Shown here: one piece after another, positions 1 through 10,092 of the stretch
Layout of the letters: every line of letters starts with the position of its first letter
How positions within the stretch are numbered: the stretch's first letter is position 1
Source: Prochlorococcus marinus subsp. pastoris str. CCMP1986
Lineage (GTDB): Bacteria; Cyanobacteriota; Cyanobacteriia; PCC-6307; Cyanobiaceae
Direction of reading: 5' to 3'
Length of the DNA stretch: 32,000 nt
Assembly: GCF_000011465.1 (NCBI RefSeq)
Contig: NC_005072.1
Span: 180,001-212,000 of the forward strand
Notes under the pieces: generated by a model
The model's input: only the letters and a program-made list of their open reading frames with translations
What the model was told of the DNA's origin: nothing
Database searches by the model: none
Made by a program: the position numbers and the translations under genes

Positions 1-16
1 ATGCTATTCGAGTCAT

Positions 17-883
17 TTAATTAATATAACGCATACTAAAATCAATCCAATTACTTTTAGTAATTGAAGAACTTGTTGAAATCAAATCAATTCCATCAAT
101 TAAATAGTTACTAATGTTTATTGGATTAATTCCAGATACCTCTATGATTAAATCATTCCTAATTGTTCTAATAGAGTTATTTGTTGATAACTGTCTTAAT
201 TCTTTAATGCCTTCTTTAAGTAATTCAGGATTAAATTCATCTAACAAAATACTATCTGCACCTGCTAAAACTGCATCTTTTGCTTGCTTCATATCTTCTG
301 CTTCAATAATAATATGAGTTGTAAAGGGAGTATTTAATCTAATTTTTTCAACTGCATTTTTCAAGTTATCAGTCCATGCAATATGGTTTTCTTTAATCAT
401 TGCAGCATCATATAATCCCATTCTATGATTAATACCACCACCACATTTAAAAGCATACTTTTCAAATATTCTTAAACCAGGAGTAGTTTTTCTTGTATCT
501 GCTAAATTTATATTTGTACCTTTCAGAACATCTACAATATTTTTTGTATAAGTTGAGATTCCCGATAAATGCATTGAGATATTGAGACTTATTCTTTCGC
601 TTGCTAAAAGACTTCTTGAAGGGCCATTTAGTTCAAGAAGCTTTTGATACTTCAAAAATTTTTCACCATCATTAATAAAAAAATTGTACTCTATCTTTTC
701 GTCAATTTTTTTTAAAATTTCTTTTATTATTCCAACACCACAAAATATTCCTTCCTCTTTTGCTATCCAATGGGCTTTTCCTATTTTTTTGGTAATAGCA
801 GAAGCTGTAAGATCACCTTTACCGATATCTTCTTCAATCCAACCATCAATAATTCTAGAAATATTTGGAGAGTATAAATCCAC
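17..883 (-). CDS. nadC: nicotinate-nucleotide pyrophosphorylase (quinolinate phosphoribosyltransferase)
   Basis: 288-aa ORF with full-length resemblance to NadC. Blocks seen: DTRKTTPGLR, KYAFKCGGGINHRMGLYDAAMIKENH, IIIEAE and LLDEF, typical of type II PRTases. Confidence 0.9.
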   Translation of the reverse strand: MDLYSPNISRIIDGWIEEDIGKGDLTASAITKKIGKAHWIAKEEGIFCGVGIIKEILKKIDEKIEYNFFINDGEKFLKYQKLLELNGPSRSLLASERISLNISMHLSGISTYTKNIVDVLKGTNINLADTRKTTPGLRIFEKYAFKCGGGINHRMGLYDAAMIKENHIAWTDNLKNAVEKIRLNTPFTTHIIIEAEDMKQAKDAVLAGADSILLDEFNPELLKEGIKELRQLSTNNSIRTIRNDLIIEVSGINPINISNYLIDGIDLISTSSSITKSNWIDFSMRYIN

Positions 884-958
884 TAAATTTGAATAAGATA
901 AAAATTTTATTTTAACTTTTAAATTTTACTTTATACATTTATGTATTTTAATAAAAAT

Positions 959-2341
959 TTATTTACCTATACAAAATTTGGAAAAAATATTATTTAGTAG
1001 ATCTTCAGTTAATTCTTGACCTGTAATTCTAGATAAGTTTTTTATTCCATCTCTAACTTCAATTGATAATAAATCGAAAGGTAATTTATTAGCAATTATT
1101 GGATCAGTATCATTTAAATTTTTTAGGCAATCCGTTAGGTTTGATATTTGTCTTTCATTTAAAAAAATATCTATATTTTCAAATTCTTTTGATCCACATT
1201 TTTTAACTATCTTTTCGACTAGTTCTTTTTCGCCTTCATCATTTTTAATACTCATTAAAACAGAGTTCGATAAATTTTTTTTATTTACTTTTTTTGAATC
1301 AATTAAATCTTTTTTATTCCCCAAGATTGTAATCAATTTTTCTTGTGGAATTTTGCTTATGATTTTCTCATCATCCTTATTTAATCCTTCTTCAAGACTA
1401 TATAAATAGATTATATAGTCTGAGTTTTGAATCATTTCAAAGCTTTTATCAATTCCAATATTTTCTATATATTCATCGGTTTCTCTAATGCCAGCTGTAT
1501 CTATTATTTTTATTGGTATATCTTTTATAGTCAAATTCACTTCAATTATATCTCTAGTTGTTCCTGGAATACTAGTAACTATTGCTTTTTCTTTTTTTGA
1601 GAGAAGATTTAAAAGAGAACTTTTCCCGACATTGGTTTTGCCAATAAGAGCAATTGATATTCCATTATGAATATGCGCCCCCCTTTTTGAATTTTCTATA
1701 AGGATTTTTATTTTTTCTTTTATAATTTTAATATTTCTAGAAAAATCATTATAATTAAATTCTGAAAAATCTTCTTCAAAATCTACTCTTGCCTCTATTT
1801 CTGATAATTGCTCAATTAAATCATTTTTAATAATATCAATCTTTTTCTTTATTTCTCCCTTTACTCCATTAAAAGCTATTTCGGCTGATTTAAGATTTTT
1901 TGCATTAATCAATTGATTAATTGATTCTGCTTGAGTTAAATCTATTTTGCCATTAAGAAATGCTCTTTGACTAAATTCTCCTGGATTTGCAATCCTTACT
2001 CCAGTATTATTTGATAACAATGTCTCAATCACTTTATTTACAACAATTACTCCTCCATGACAGTGCAATTCAACAATATCTTCTCCAGTGAAACTATTAG
2101 GAGAATGCATAACTGTAATTAAAATTTCATCTATAAATTTATTTTCTAAATTATCTTTTATAAAGCCATGAAAAACTCTGTGAGACTCCCAAGCATATTT
2201 AGATTTTGTTTCTACAATATTTTTACAGGAATTTATTGCTTCTTCCCCTGATACTCTTATAACTGCAATTCCTCCTTTACCTAGACTTACAGCCGAAGCT
2301 ATAGCTGCTATTGTATCCTCAGTATCGATAATTGATTCCAT
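959..2341 (-). CDS. mnmE: tRNA modification GTPase MnmE (TrmE/ThdF)
   Basis: 460-aa ORF. N-terminal THF-binding-type domain ([15 protein letters not shown]). G domain has G1 [13 protein letters not shown]3 DTAGIRET and G4 NKKD. The family-specific C-terminal CIGK motif sits at the very end. Confidence 0.93.
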
Positions 2342-2407
2342 CTCTCACTATGCTGTGGATAATTAAGTAGGCTTATCAAAGAAAACTTTTTTGATTGTGA
2401 TTTCAGA

Positions 2408-2860
2408 ATGAAGCTGATAAAGAATCTTCAATATAAAAAAATTCTATCATTATTTCTGAAACAAGATGGTACTCCCTTTTTTAATGCAAAGGGAGTAGCT
2501 GTTGGGGTCTTTTGTGGATGCTTTCCTTTCTTTGGTTTTCAAACTTTATTAGGATTATTTTTAGCAAGAGTTGCGAAAGGAAATCTTTTTCTTGCTGCTA
2601 TTGGTACTTGGATAAGTAATCCATTTACTTATGTACCCCTATATTTTTTCAATTATAAAGTTGGTTCATTTTTGCTAAAAAACTCACCAGATATTGTTTT
2701 TGATAAAAATTTAATGATTGAAGAATTATGGGAAAAAGGAAGTGTTTTTTCATTAAGGTTAATTTTGGGTTCAGCATTAGTTGGATTTTTATTAGCTTCT
2801 ATTTCAGGAATTATTGTTTTTTTGCTGTATAAAAGAAAAATAAAAAAAACAGCATCTTAA
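2408..2860 (+). CDS. small integral membrane protein, DUF2062 family
   Basis: 150-aa ORF with 3-4 hydrophobic helices. The block GVAVGVFCGCFPFFGFQTLLGLFLA....NL..A.IGTWISNPFT matches my memory of the DUF2062 signature. It is divergent from mnmE. Function unknown. Confidence 0.75.
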   Translation: MKLIKNLQYKKILSLFLKQDGTPFFNAKGVAVGVFCGCFPFFGFQTLLGLFLARVAKGNLFLAAIGTWISNPFTYVPLYFFNYKVGSFLLKNSPDIVFDKNLMIEELWEKGSVFSLRLILGSALVGFLLASISGIIVFLLYKRKIKKTAS

Positions 2861-2879
2861 AAACTCTTCCAAGTTTAAA

Positions 2880-5189
2880 TTAACTTATTCCTACCCGTGC
2901 AATATCTAAAACATCAGCCATTGATTTAATTTGATCAATAGTTTTGTGGAGTTGACTATAACTTTCTAGACCAACACATAAATTAATTATTGCAGGTTTA
3001 CCAAAAGCGGTTTTTACATTTGCATCGCTAACATTTATTCCTTTATCAGATAATCTCATAAGAATATCTTTTAGGACGCCTACTCTATCTATAACTTCTA
3101 TTCTCAGTTGAATTGGGAACTTATTGTCAAGAATCTTATTCTCTTGGTTCCATGCAACAGGTAATCTTCTCTCTATTGGTATTGGGATAACATTCTCACA
3201 ATCTCGTCTATGAATAGTGATACCGTGATTACCTAGAGAGACAGTTCCAATTATTTCTTCCCCAGGAAGTGGACTGCAGCATTTTCCGATTCTATAATCT
3301 AAGCCTTCGACCCCAGTGATTGGTGATTTATTAGTTGCATGAGATTTGGTTGCTATTGAATTATTTTTATTTATGAGAGATCTTGCTAATTCTTCGTTAG
3401 ATTCATTTTTAATTTCTTCTGTCTGTATTTTAATCTCTTCTCTTAATCTATTCAATACTTGATGTAAAGTTAAGCCCCCAAATCCTAATGATGCTAGTAG
3501 ATCTTCCGTAGACTTTAAATTACATCGATGTGCAACTTTTTTCATAGCATCACTTGAAATTAATGATTCAAATCCATTACGACCTATTTCTTTTTCAAGC
3601 AGATCTTTTCCTCTTTTAATAGTTTCATCTCTATGGCTTTTTTTGTACCACTGCCGAATTCTATTTTTTGCGGTTGGAGTAACTACAAAATTCAACCAAT
3701 CTAAGCTTGGAGTTGAATTAGTATTAGTTAAGATTTCGATAAAGTCGCCATTTTGCAATGATGTAGATAGAGGAGATAGCTTCTCATTTATTCTTATACC
3801 ATTACAATGATTGCCTATTTCTGAATGTATTCTGTAAGCAAAATCGATTGCAGTAGATCCTTTCCTTAGGCCAACAACATCTCCTTTTGGTGTAATCACA
3901 AATACCTCTTCATCGAATAAATCTTCTTTTATAGAGGCTAAATAGTCATTATGGTCTTTCTCATTACCTTCTTGTTGCCACTCTACTAATTGTCTAAGCC
4001 AATTAAATCTTTCTGCATTACTAGATGCAGGTGAACCTCCTTCTTTATATTGCCAATGTGCAGCTATTCCGAATTCTGCAATTTGATGCATTGAACTCGT
4101 TCTTATTTGAACTTCAATAGGCCTATGTCTGCCGATCACAGAGGTATGCAAGGACTGGTAACCATTTGGTTTTGGTAAACCTATATAATCTTTAAATCTT
4201 CCAGGAATTGGCCTAAAAGTATCATGAACGACTGCTAAAGCTTTATAACAGCTATCTGTATTGCTAACAATAATTCTTAAAGCAGCAACGTCATAAATCT
4301 CGCCAAATTGTTTTTGTTGTCTTTCCATTTTGCTCCAAATACCATAGAGATGTTTTGGTCTTCCCGTAATTTCAAAATTTACTAAACCTGAAGAGACTAA
4401 GTTTTCCTTCATCAAATTTAAGGTAACGTTTAACCTTTTTTCTCTATCACTTCTTTTAACGGCAATTTGATCTTTTAAATTTTTATATTCTTCAGGTTCA
4501 AGAAATTTAAAAGCTAGATCTTCTAATTCCCATTTAAATCTATTTATTCCTAACCTATTTGCTAAAGGAGCATATATTTCTCTCGTTTCTCTTGCAATTC
4601 TCTCTTTTCTCTCTTCATTAAGCCATTGAATTGTTCTCATATTATGTAGTCGATCTGCAAGTTTAACTAAAACAACCCTTATGTCGCTTGCCATAGCTAA
4701 GAACATTTTTCTAAGATTTTCAGCCTGTGCTTCAGTTCTATTATTAAAATGAATACCTCCTAATTTAGTTACACCTTCTACAAGTACTTTTACTTCTAAG
4801 CCGAAATTAACTTCTATCTCTGAAAGAGCAATTCCGGTGTCTTCAACAACATCATGTAATAGGCCGGCAGCTACAACTGATGAACTTGCACCAATTTCTT
4901 TAAGCAGATCTGCAACAGCTAAAGGATGGATTATATATGGCTCTCCACTTGCCCGAAGTTGCCCATTATGAGCTTCATAAGCAAGTTTGAAAGCTTTTAC
5001 TATAAGATCTTGATTCGAATTATTTTTTTTATTTGATACTTCATAGTTTTGAATAATCTCAAGAAGCCAATTAGGAATATTTATCTCATACTTCAAAGAT
5101 TCACTTTCATAATTTTTATTTTCAGGCAAAATGATTGTTGAAACTTTAATTTCATTTTTTTCTTTTGAATTCGCCGTCGCCTCAGCCAT
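2880..5189 (-). CDS. spoT: bifunctional (p)ppGpp synthetase/hydrolase (RelA/SpoT homologue)
   Basis: 769-aa ORF. HD hydrolase domain (HPLAVA...LLHDVVEDT), RelA/SpoT synthetase block (RFKDYIGLPKPNGYQSLHTSV), TGS region (VFVITPKGDVVGL) and C-terminal ACT-like domain (IEVIDRVGVLKDI). Confidence 0.93.
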   Translation of the reverse strand: MAEATANSKEKNEIKVSTIILPENKNYESESLKYEINIPNWLLEIIQNYEVSNKKNNSNQDLIVKAFKLAYEAHNGQLRASGEPYIIHPLAVADLLKEIGASSSVVAAGLLHDVVEDTGIALSEIEVNFGLEVKVLVEGVTKLGGIHFNNRTEAQAENLRKMFLAMASDIRVVLVKLADRLHNMRTIQWLNEERKERIARETREIYAPLANRLGINRFKWELEDLAFKFLEPEEYKNLKDQIAVKRSDREKRLNVTLNLMKENLVSSGLVNFEITGRPKHLYGIWSKMERQQKQFGEIYDVAALRIIVSNTDSCYKALAVVHDTFRPIPGRFKDYIGLPKPNGYQSLHTSVIGRHRPIEVQIRTSSMHQIAEFGIAAHWQYKEGGSPASSNAERFNWLRQLVEWQQEGNEKDHNDYLASIKEDLFDEEVFVITPKGDVVGLRKGSTAIDFAYRIHSEIGNHCNGIRINEKLSPLSTSLQNGDFIEILTNTNSTPSLDWLNFVVTPTAKNRIRQWYKKSHRDETIKRGKDLLEKEIGRNGFESLISSDAMKKVAHRCNLKSTEDLLASLGFGGLTLHQVLNRLREEIKIQTEEIKNESNEELARSLINKNNSIATKSHATNKSPITGVEGLDYRIGKCCSPLPGEEIIGTVSLGNHGITIHRRDCENVIPIPIERRLPVAWNQENKILDNKFPIQLRIEVIDRVGVLKDILMRLSDKGINVSDANVKTAFGKPAIINLCVGLESYSQLHKTIDQIKSMADVLDIARVGIS

Positions 5190-5244
5190 ATAATTTTCCT
5201 TTAAATTTATTTTATTTAGGAAAAGAGAAATTTGCTACAAAATT

Positions 5245-6840
5245 ATGAAAATAAATAAAAGCAAAATTCTTGAAATAAGGAATCTAAATGTCAAATATGG
5301 TCCTTATCAGAAATCTACCATAAAAAATTTTAAATTAGATCTATTTAAAGGAGATCACTTAGCAATTATAGGTCCTTCTGGATGTGGTAAAACAACATTT
5401 GCAAAAACAATTGTAAATATGCTTCCTGAAGGTTCAATTACTCAAGGATTTATAAAAATATCTGGAGAAGATCTTACTAAAATTGATAAAAAACAAATTC
5501 AATTATTTAGAAGAAATAATTTTGGATTTATTTATCAAGATTCCATAAAAAAACTTAATCCTTTAATGACAGTTGGAGATCATTTAAAAGAATTATTCAA
5601 AACACACTTTCAAAACTATCCTCCTTTAATTATTAAAGATTTAGTAGAAGAAAATTTTAGAAAAGTAGGAATAGATATTGAAAGATTAGATTCATTTCCT
5701 CATCAATTTAGTGGGGGAATGAGACAAAGAGTTTCAATTGCAATGGCTTTAGCTTTGAAACCTAAAATATTAATAGCAGATGAACCTTCAACCAGTCTGG
5801 ATTCTAAGACTAGTTTTGAAGTAATGAATCAAATTCTTTGTTTATGTGAGAAATCTGGAACCACTTTGGTTTTGATTAGTCATGACATTAATCTTGCAGC
5901 AAAGTGGTGTAAAAAAGTTGTGATAATGGATCAAGGATCAATTCAGGAGCAAGGAAATATAAAAGAAGTTTTCAAATCGCCTAAATCAAAAATTGGAGAC
6001 AAATTGGTAAATGCAGCAAATATATCTTTGAAGCCAAGAAAAATAATTACCTCTATAAATGATGTTGTTTTAGAGGTTAATAATTTAAGACACTGGTATA
6101 AATTAAATTCTTCAATTTTCCAACCCAAATGGAATAAGGCTTTAAAAGAAGTTAGTTTTAAATTGTATCGAAATGAAGTCCTTGGAATTGTTGGATCTTC
6201 TGGGAGCGGAAAAAGTACTTTATGTAGAGCTTTAATAGGACTCTTGAAGGTGAGAGGAGGTGAAATAAAAGTTTATGAAAGAAATTTAGAATTACATAAA
6301 AAAAAGTCTAATAATTTTAAAAATATACAAATAGTTTTCCAAGATCCTTTTTCAAGTTTGAATCCAAAAATGAAAATTAAAAATATTTTGAAGGATATAT
6401 TTTTAATTCAAAAAATATCTAATAATTATCAAATTAAAAATGAGATTAAACTAATTTTGAAAAATTTAAATCTACCTTCAGATTCTGAATTCTTAAACTC
6501 CTACCCCAATCAATTATCTGGCGGTCAATTACAAAGAATTTCAATTGCAAGATCATTATTACTTAAACCAAAAATTCTCATCTGCGATGAAAGTGTAAAT
6601 ATGTTAGATGCATATGTAAAAGTTGAGATACTTGATTTACTTAGAAAGATACAAGAAAAAATGGATTTAACTATAATTTTCATTACTCATGATTTAGGAA
6701 TTGCAAAGAAATTTTGTAATAGATTATTAGTTATGAATTATGGACAGATTATTGAAGAAGGCGATTCAGTTACAGTTTTTTCTAATCCTAAGAATAATGT
6801 TACAAAAGCTTTAGTAAATAGCTCCTTAAACCTTAATTGA
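5245..6840 (+). CDS. ABC transporter ATP-binding protein with two fused nucleotide-binding domains (DppD/DppF-like)
   Basis: 531-aa ORF with two complete NBDs. NBD1: Walker A GPSGCGKTT, signature FSGGMRQR, Walker B ILIADEPSTSLD. NBD2: Walker A GSSGSGKST, signature LSGGQLQR, Walker B ILICDESVNMLD. No permease or binding-protein gene is adjacent. Confidence 0.9.
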   Translation: MKINKSKILEIRNLNVKYGPYQKSTIKNFKLDLFKGDHLAIIGPSGCGKTTFAKTIVNMLPEGSITQGFIKISGEDLTKIDKKQIQLFRRNNFGFIYQDSIKKLNPLMTVGDHLKELFKTHFQNYPPLIIKDLVEENFRKVGIDIERLDSFPHQFSGGMRQRVSIAMALALKPKILIADEPSTSLDSKTSFEVMNQILCLCEKSGTTLVLISHDINLAAKWCKKVVIMDQGSIQEQGNIKEVFKSPKSKIGDKLVNAANISLKPRKIITSINDVVLEVNNLRHWYKLNSSIFQPKWNKALKEVSFKLYRNEVLGIVGSSGSGKSTLCRALIGLLKVRGGEIKVYERNLELHKKKSNNFKNIQIVFQDPFSSLNPKMKIKNILKDIFLIQKISNNYQIKNEIKLILKNLNLPSDSEFLNSYPNQLSGGQLQRISIARSLLLKPKILICDESVNMLDAYVKVEILDLLRKIQEKMDLTIIFITHDLGIAKKFCNRLLVMNYGQIIEEGDSVTVFSNPKNNVTKALVNSSLNLN

Positions 6841-7794
6841 TTTTTTTAAGACTCTCAATAATTTCTGAAATTCTTGGGGTAATTCTGCTTCAAATTTCAT
6901 TTCTTCTCCATTTATAGGATGAAAAAGTCCTAGCTCTACAGCATGTAAAGCCTGACCATCCAATTTGCAAGGAAGCTTTTTACACCTTCCATATAAAGGA
7001 TCACCAAGAATGGGGTGATTGATATGTGCACAATGAACTCTTATTTGATGAGTTCTTCCAGTATCTAATTTGAAGCTCATTAATGAATAATTACCTAATC
7101 TTTCTAATAATTTCCAATAAGTACATGCATATCTCCCGGATTTTTCATCAACTACTGCATACTTCAATCGATTTAGTTTATCTCTACCTATGTGTCCAAC
7201 AATTTTACCTTCTGAAGTATTTGGGACTCCATGAATTACCGCAATATAGTTTCTTGAAGCGATTTTTTCTTTTATTTGTATTTGAAGATTGACAAGTGAT
7301 TCTTGGCTTTTTGCTACAACCATACAGCCAGATGTGTCCTTATCTAATCTATGAACTATCCCAGGTCTTAACTTGCCATTTATTCCAGGTAAATCTTTAC
7401 AGTGAAAAAGTAGTCCATTTACTAAGGTGCCTGATTTATGTCCTGGAGCTGGATGGACTATGAGTCCTGATTGTTTATTAATTACAATGATGTGTTCATC
7501 TTCAAAAAGGATATTTAAGTTCATCTTTTCTGGCTTTAAATATATGAGAGGTTCTGGAGGAGGCATCCAAATTTGTATATTATCTCCTGTTTTTAATGGG
7601 GTTTTAGCTTTTGCAGTTTTGTAGTTAACAAGAACTAATCCCGCGTTTATAAAATATTGTATTCTTGCTCTACTCTGTTCAGGCCTCTTACTTACTAGCC
7701 ACCTATCGAGTCGCATAGGAAGGGACATTTCATAAGTAATTTCTATTAATTCACCTTTTCCTACTCCAAAAGAGTTTTTATTACTTGAGTTCAT
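6826..7794 (-). CDS. rluD: 23S rRNA pseudouridine synthase, RluA/RluD family
   Basis: 322-aa ORF. N-terminal S4-like domain (RLDRWL), catalytic motif HRLDKDTSG and the conserved GRTHQIRVH block. Its 3' end overlaps the convergent ABC ATPase gene by 15 nt. Its ATG overlaps the ylqF stop (ATGA). Confidence 0.9.
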   Translation of the reverse strand: MNSSNKNSFGVGKGELIEITYEMSLPMRLDRWLVSKRPEQSRARIQYFINAGLVLVNYKTAKAKTPLKTGDNIQIWMPPPEPLIYLKPEKMNLNILFEDEHIIVINKQSGLIVHPAPGHKSGTLVNGLLFHCKDLPGINGKLRPGIVHRLDKDTSGCMVVAKSQESLVNLQIQIKEKIASRNYIAVIHGVPNTSEGKIVGHIGRDKLNRLKYAVVDEKSGRYACTYWKLLERLGNYSLMSFKLDTGRTHQIRVHCAHINHPILGDPLYGRCKKLPCKLDGQALHAVELGLFHPINGEEMKFEAELPQEFQKLLRVLKKSIKV

Positions 7795-8657
7795 CTTGGC
7801 ACTTCCAAAGAAATCTTTCCTAGCATTTGATTACGATAATCTTCTAATAATTTGTGAGCCATTCTTCTTTTATCACCTGAGGTATGTTTTAAGGCTACAA
7901 GATCAATCCATTCATGAGGGTTATCAAAGTTCTTTAATATATCAACTCCATATCTATCAGATATCTTTGAGAGTGAAATATTCGCATTTTTATCTTCTTT
8001 TAATTTGAAAATTATTTTTATAAATTCAATCGCAACACTTTCTATTTCATAAGCAGCCTCTCCAATATCATCACAAAGTGCAAGATTCAGAGCCGATTTT
8101 TGATTCTCTAAATTAGGAGGTATAACACCGGGGGCATCAAGCAAATCTATTCCATTGTCTAATCTGATCCATCTAAGATTACGTGTTACGCCTGCTTTCC
8201 TAGCGCTTTCAACAACTTTTTTCTTAGCGATTCTATTTATTAATGCAGATTTTCCTACATTAGGAAAACCGAGGGTAAGTGCTCTGATCGGCCTGACCTT
8301 CATTCCTCTAGATAATCTTTTGTTGTCAATTGATAATCGGGATTCCTTAGCAGATTTACAAATTTCTTTTATTCCTTTACCATTTTTTGCATCACACCAA
8401 AGAGGATATATATTATCTTTTTTAAACCACTTGTTCCAATTAGTTATAGTTTCTGTACTTATCATATCCGCACGATTTATCACAAGGATATGTTTTTTGT
8501 TTCTAATCCATTGATTAAGATGAGGATGACCTGTTGATAAAGGAATTCTTGCATCTCTAACTTCTATAACTAAATCTACCCTATTTATCACTTCAGTTAG
8601 CTTTTTTTCGGCTTTAGCAATATGGCCTGGGTACCATTGAATTTTAGGTATTTCCAA
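7791..8657 (-). CDS. rbgA: ribosome biogenesis GTPase A (YlqF/RbgA), circularly permuted GTPase
   Basis: 288-aa ORF. N-terminal QWYPGHIAKA motif. The G4 motif (NRAD) precedes G1 (GFPNVGKSALIN) and G3 (DAPG), which is the permuted order diagnostic of YlqF/YawG GTPases. Confidence 0.9.
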   Translation of the reverse strand: MEIPKIQWYPGHIAKAEKKLTEVINRVDLVIEVRDARIPLSTGHPHLNQWIRNKKHILVINRADMISTETITNWNKWFKKDNIYPLWCDAKNGKGIKEICKSAKESRLSIDNKRLSRGMKVRPIRALTLGFPNVGKSALINRIAKKKVVESARKAGVTRNLRWIRLDNGIDLLDAPGVIPPNLENQKSALNLALCDDIGEAAYEIESVAIEFIKIIFKLKEDKNANISLSKISDRYGVDILKNFDNPHEWIDLVALKHTSGDKRRMAHKLLEDYRNQMLGKISLEVPR

Positions 8658-8808
8658 TTGATTAAATCCAACAAGTTGTACGTATGAACCTTTTGATTCT
8701 TATTAATTTCAAAAGTTATTATATTTAATATTAATGTAAATATTAAATTTTTTTTATTTTTATAAATTTGTTATGTCTAGCTAATTTTTAAAATTTATTA
8801 AGGCATAA

Positions 8809-8851
8809 GTAACACTTAGTACTTTTTAACCCAATAAGCTCAAATTAACGT
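8809..8851 (+). promoter_or_regulatory. candidate NtcA-type activated promoter upstream of pgk (GTA-N8-TAC plus -10-like box)
   Basis: Perfect palindrome GTAacacttagTAC at 8809-8822. It is followed after 23 nt by TAACGT (8846-8851, fits TAN3T), about 32 nt before the pgk ATG. Geometry matches class II NtcA promoters, but a chance match in AT-rich DNA is plausible. Confidence 0.3.
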
Positions 8852-8882
8852 TAGGGTTTCTTGGTAAAAATAGGATGTTTTA

Positions 8883-10091
8883 ATGTCGAAGTTGTCTCTT
8901 TCCAGTCTTGATAAGTCTAAATTAGAAGGAAAAAAAGTTCTTGTAAGGGTTGATTTTAATGTCCCATTAAATGACAGTGGTCAAATTACTGATGATACTA
9001 GAATAAGAGCAGCAATTCCTACGATAAAATATCTTATAAATAATTCGGCAAAAGTTATATTAGCTGCTCATTTTGGAAGACCTAAAGGGAAAGTTAATGA
9101 GAAAATGAGATTAACCCCAGTTGCTGCCAGATTAAGCGATATCTTGGAACAAAAAGTTAATCTGACTGAAAGCTGCATTGGTGAAGAGGCTCTAGCTAAA
9201 TCTAATAGTTTAAACAATGGGGAGGTTTTATTACTAGAAAATGTTCGTTTTTATGAAGAAGAAGAAAAAAATGATTTAGATTTCGCTAAAAATTTAGCTT
9301 CTCATGCAGATATGTATGTTAACGATGCTTTTGGAGCTGCGCATAGAGCTCATGCTTCAACTCAAGGAGTTACAAAATTTTTAGAACCTGCTGTTGCAGG
9401 ATTTTTGTTAGAAAAAGAGTTGAAATATTTACAGGGCGCAATTGATGCTCCAAAACGTCCTCTTGCAGCAATAGTAGGAGGTTCTAAAGTAAGTAGCAAA
9501 ATTGGAGTTTTGGATTCTCTTTTAGATAAGTGTGACAAAATTATTATTGGGGGCGGTATGATTTTTACTTTTTACAAGGCAAGAGGATTAGATGTTGGGA
9601 AGAGTCTTGTTGAGGAAGATAAACTCGAACTAGCAAGAAATTTAGAGGCAAAAGCAAAAAATAAAGGGGTAGAGCTTCTATTACCATCTGATGTATTACT
9701 TGCAAATGAGTTTTCTCCTGATGCAGAAAGTAAAGTCTCTCAAATAGATGCAATAAGTGGTGATTGGATGGGCCTAGACATTGGGCCACAATCAATCAAG
9801 GTTTTCCAAAATGCTCTTGCCGAATGTAAAACAATAATTTGGAATGGTCCAATGGGTGTTTTTGAATTTGATAAATTTGCTGAAGGTACAAATGCAATAG
9901 CAACAACCCTGGCAGATTTAAGTTCTTTCTCTGAGGTTTGTACAATTATTGGAGGGGGAGATTCTGTCGCTGCAGTAGAAAAAGCTGGCTTAGCTGAAAA
10001 AATGTCACATATATCTACTGGTGGAGGGGCTAGTTTAGAACTTTTAGAAGGCAAAACTTTACCTGGAGTAGCAGCTTTAAAAGACGCTTAA
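8883..10091 (+). CDS. pgk: phosphoglycerate kinase
   Basis: 402-aa ORF. Full-length PGK similarity including [38 protein letters not shown] and STGGGASLE. Confidence 0.97.
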
Positions 10092-10092
10092 A

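Noticed and set aside
8155-8514. 119-aa + strand ORF inside ylqF/rbgA. Similar ORFs occur at 7083-7292, 7427-7624 and 7796-8008.
   Set aside because: They are antisense to well-supported GTPase and pseudouridine synthase genes. They are hydrophobic and low-complexity, typical of AT-rich antisense frames.
9740-10054. 104-aa and 76-aa (9565-9795) minus-strand ORFs inside pgk
   Set aside because: They are antisense to an unambiguous pgk and have no independent support.
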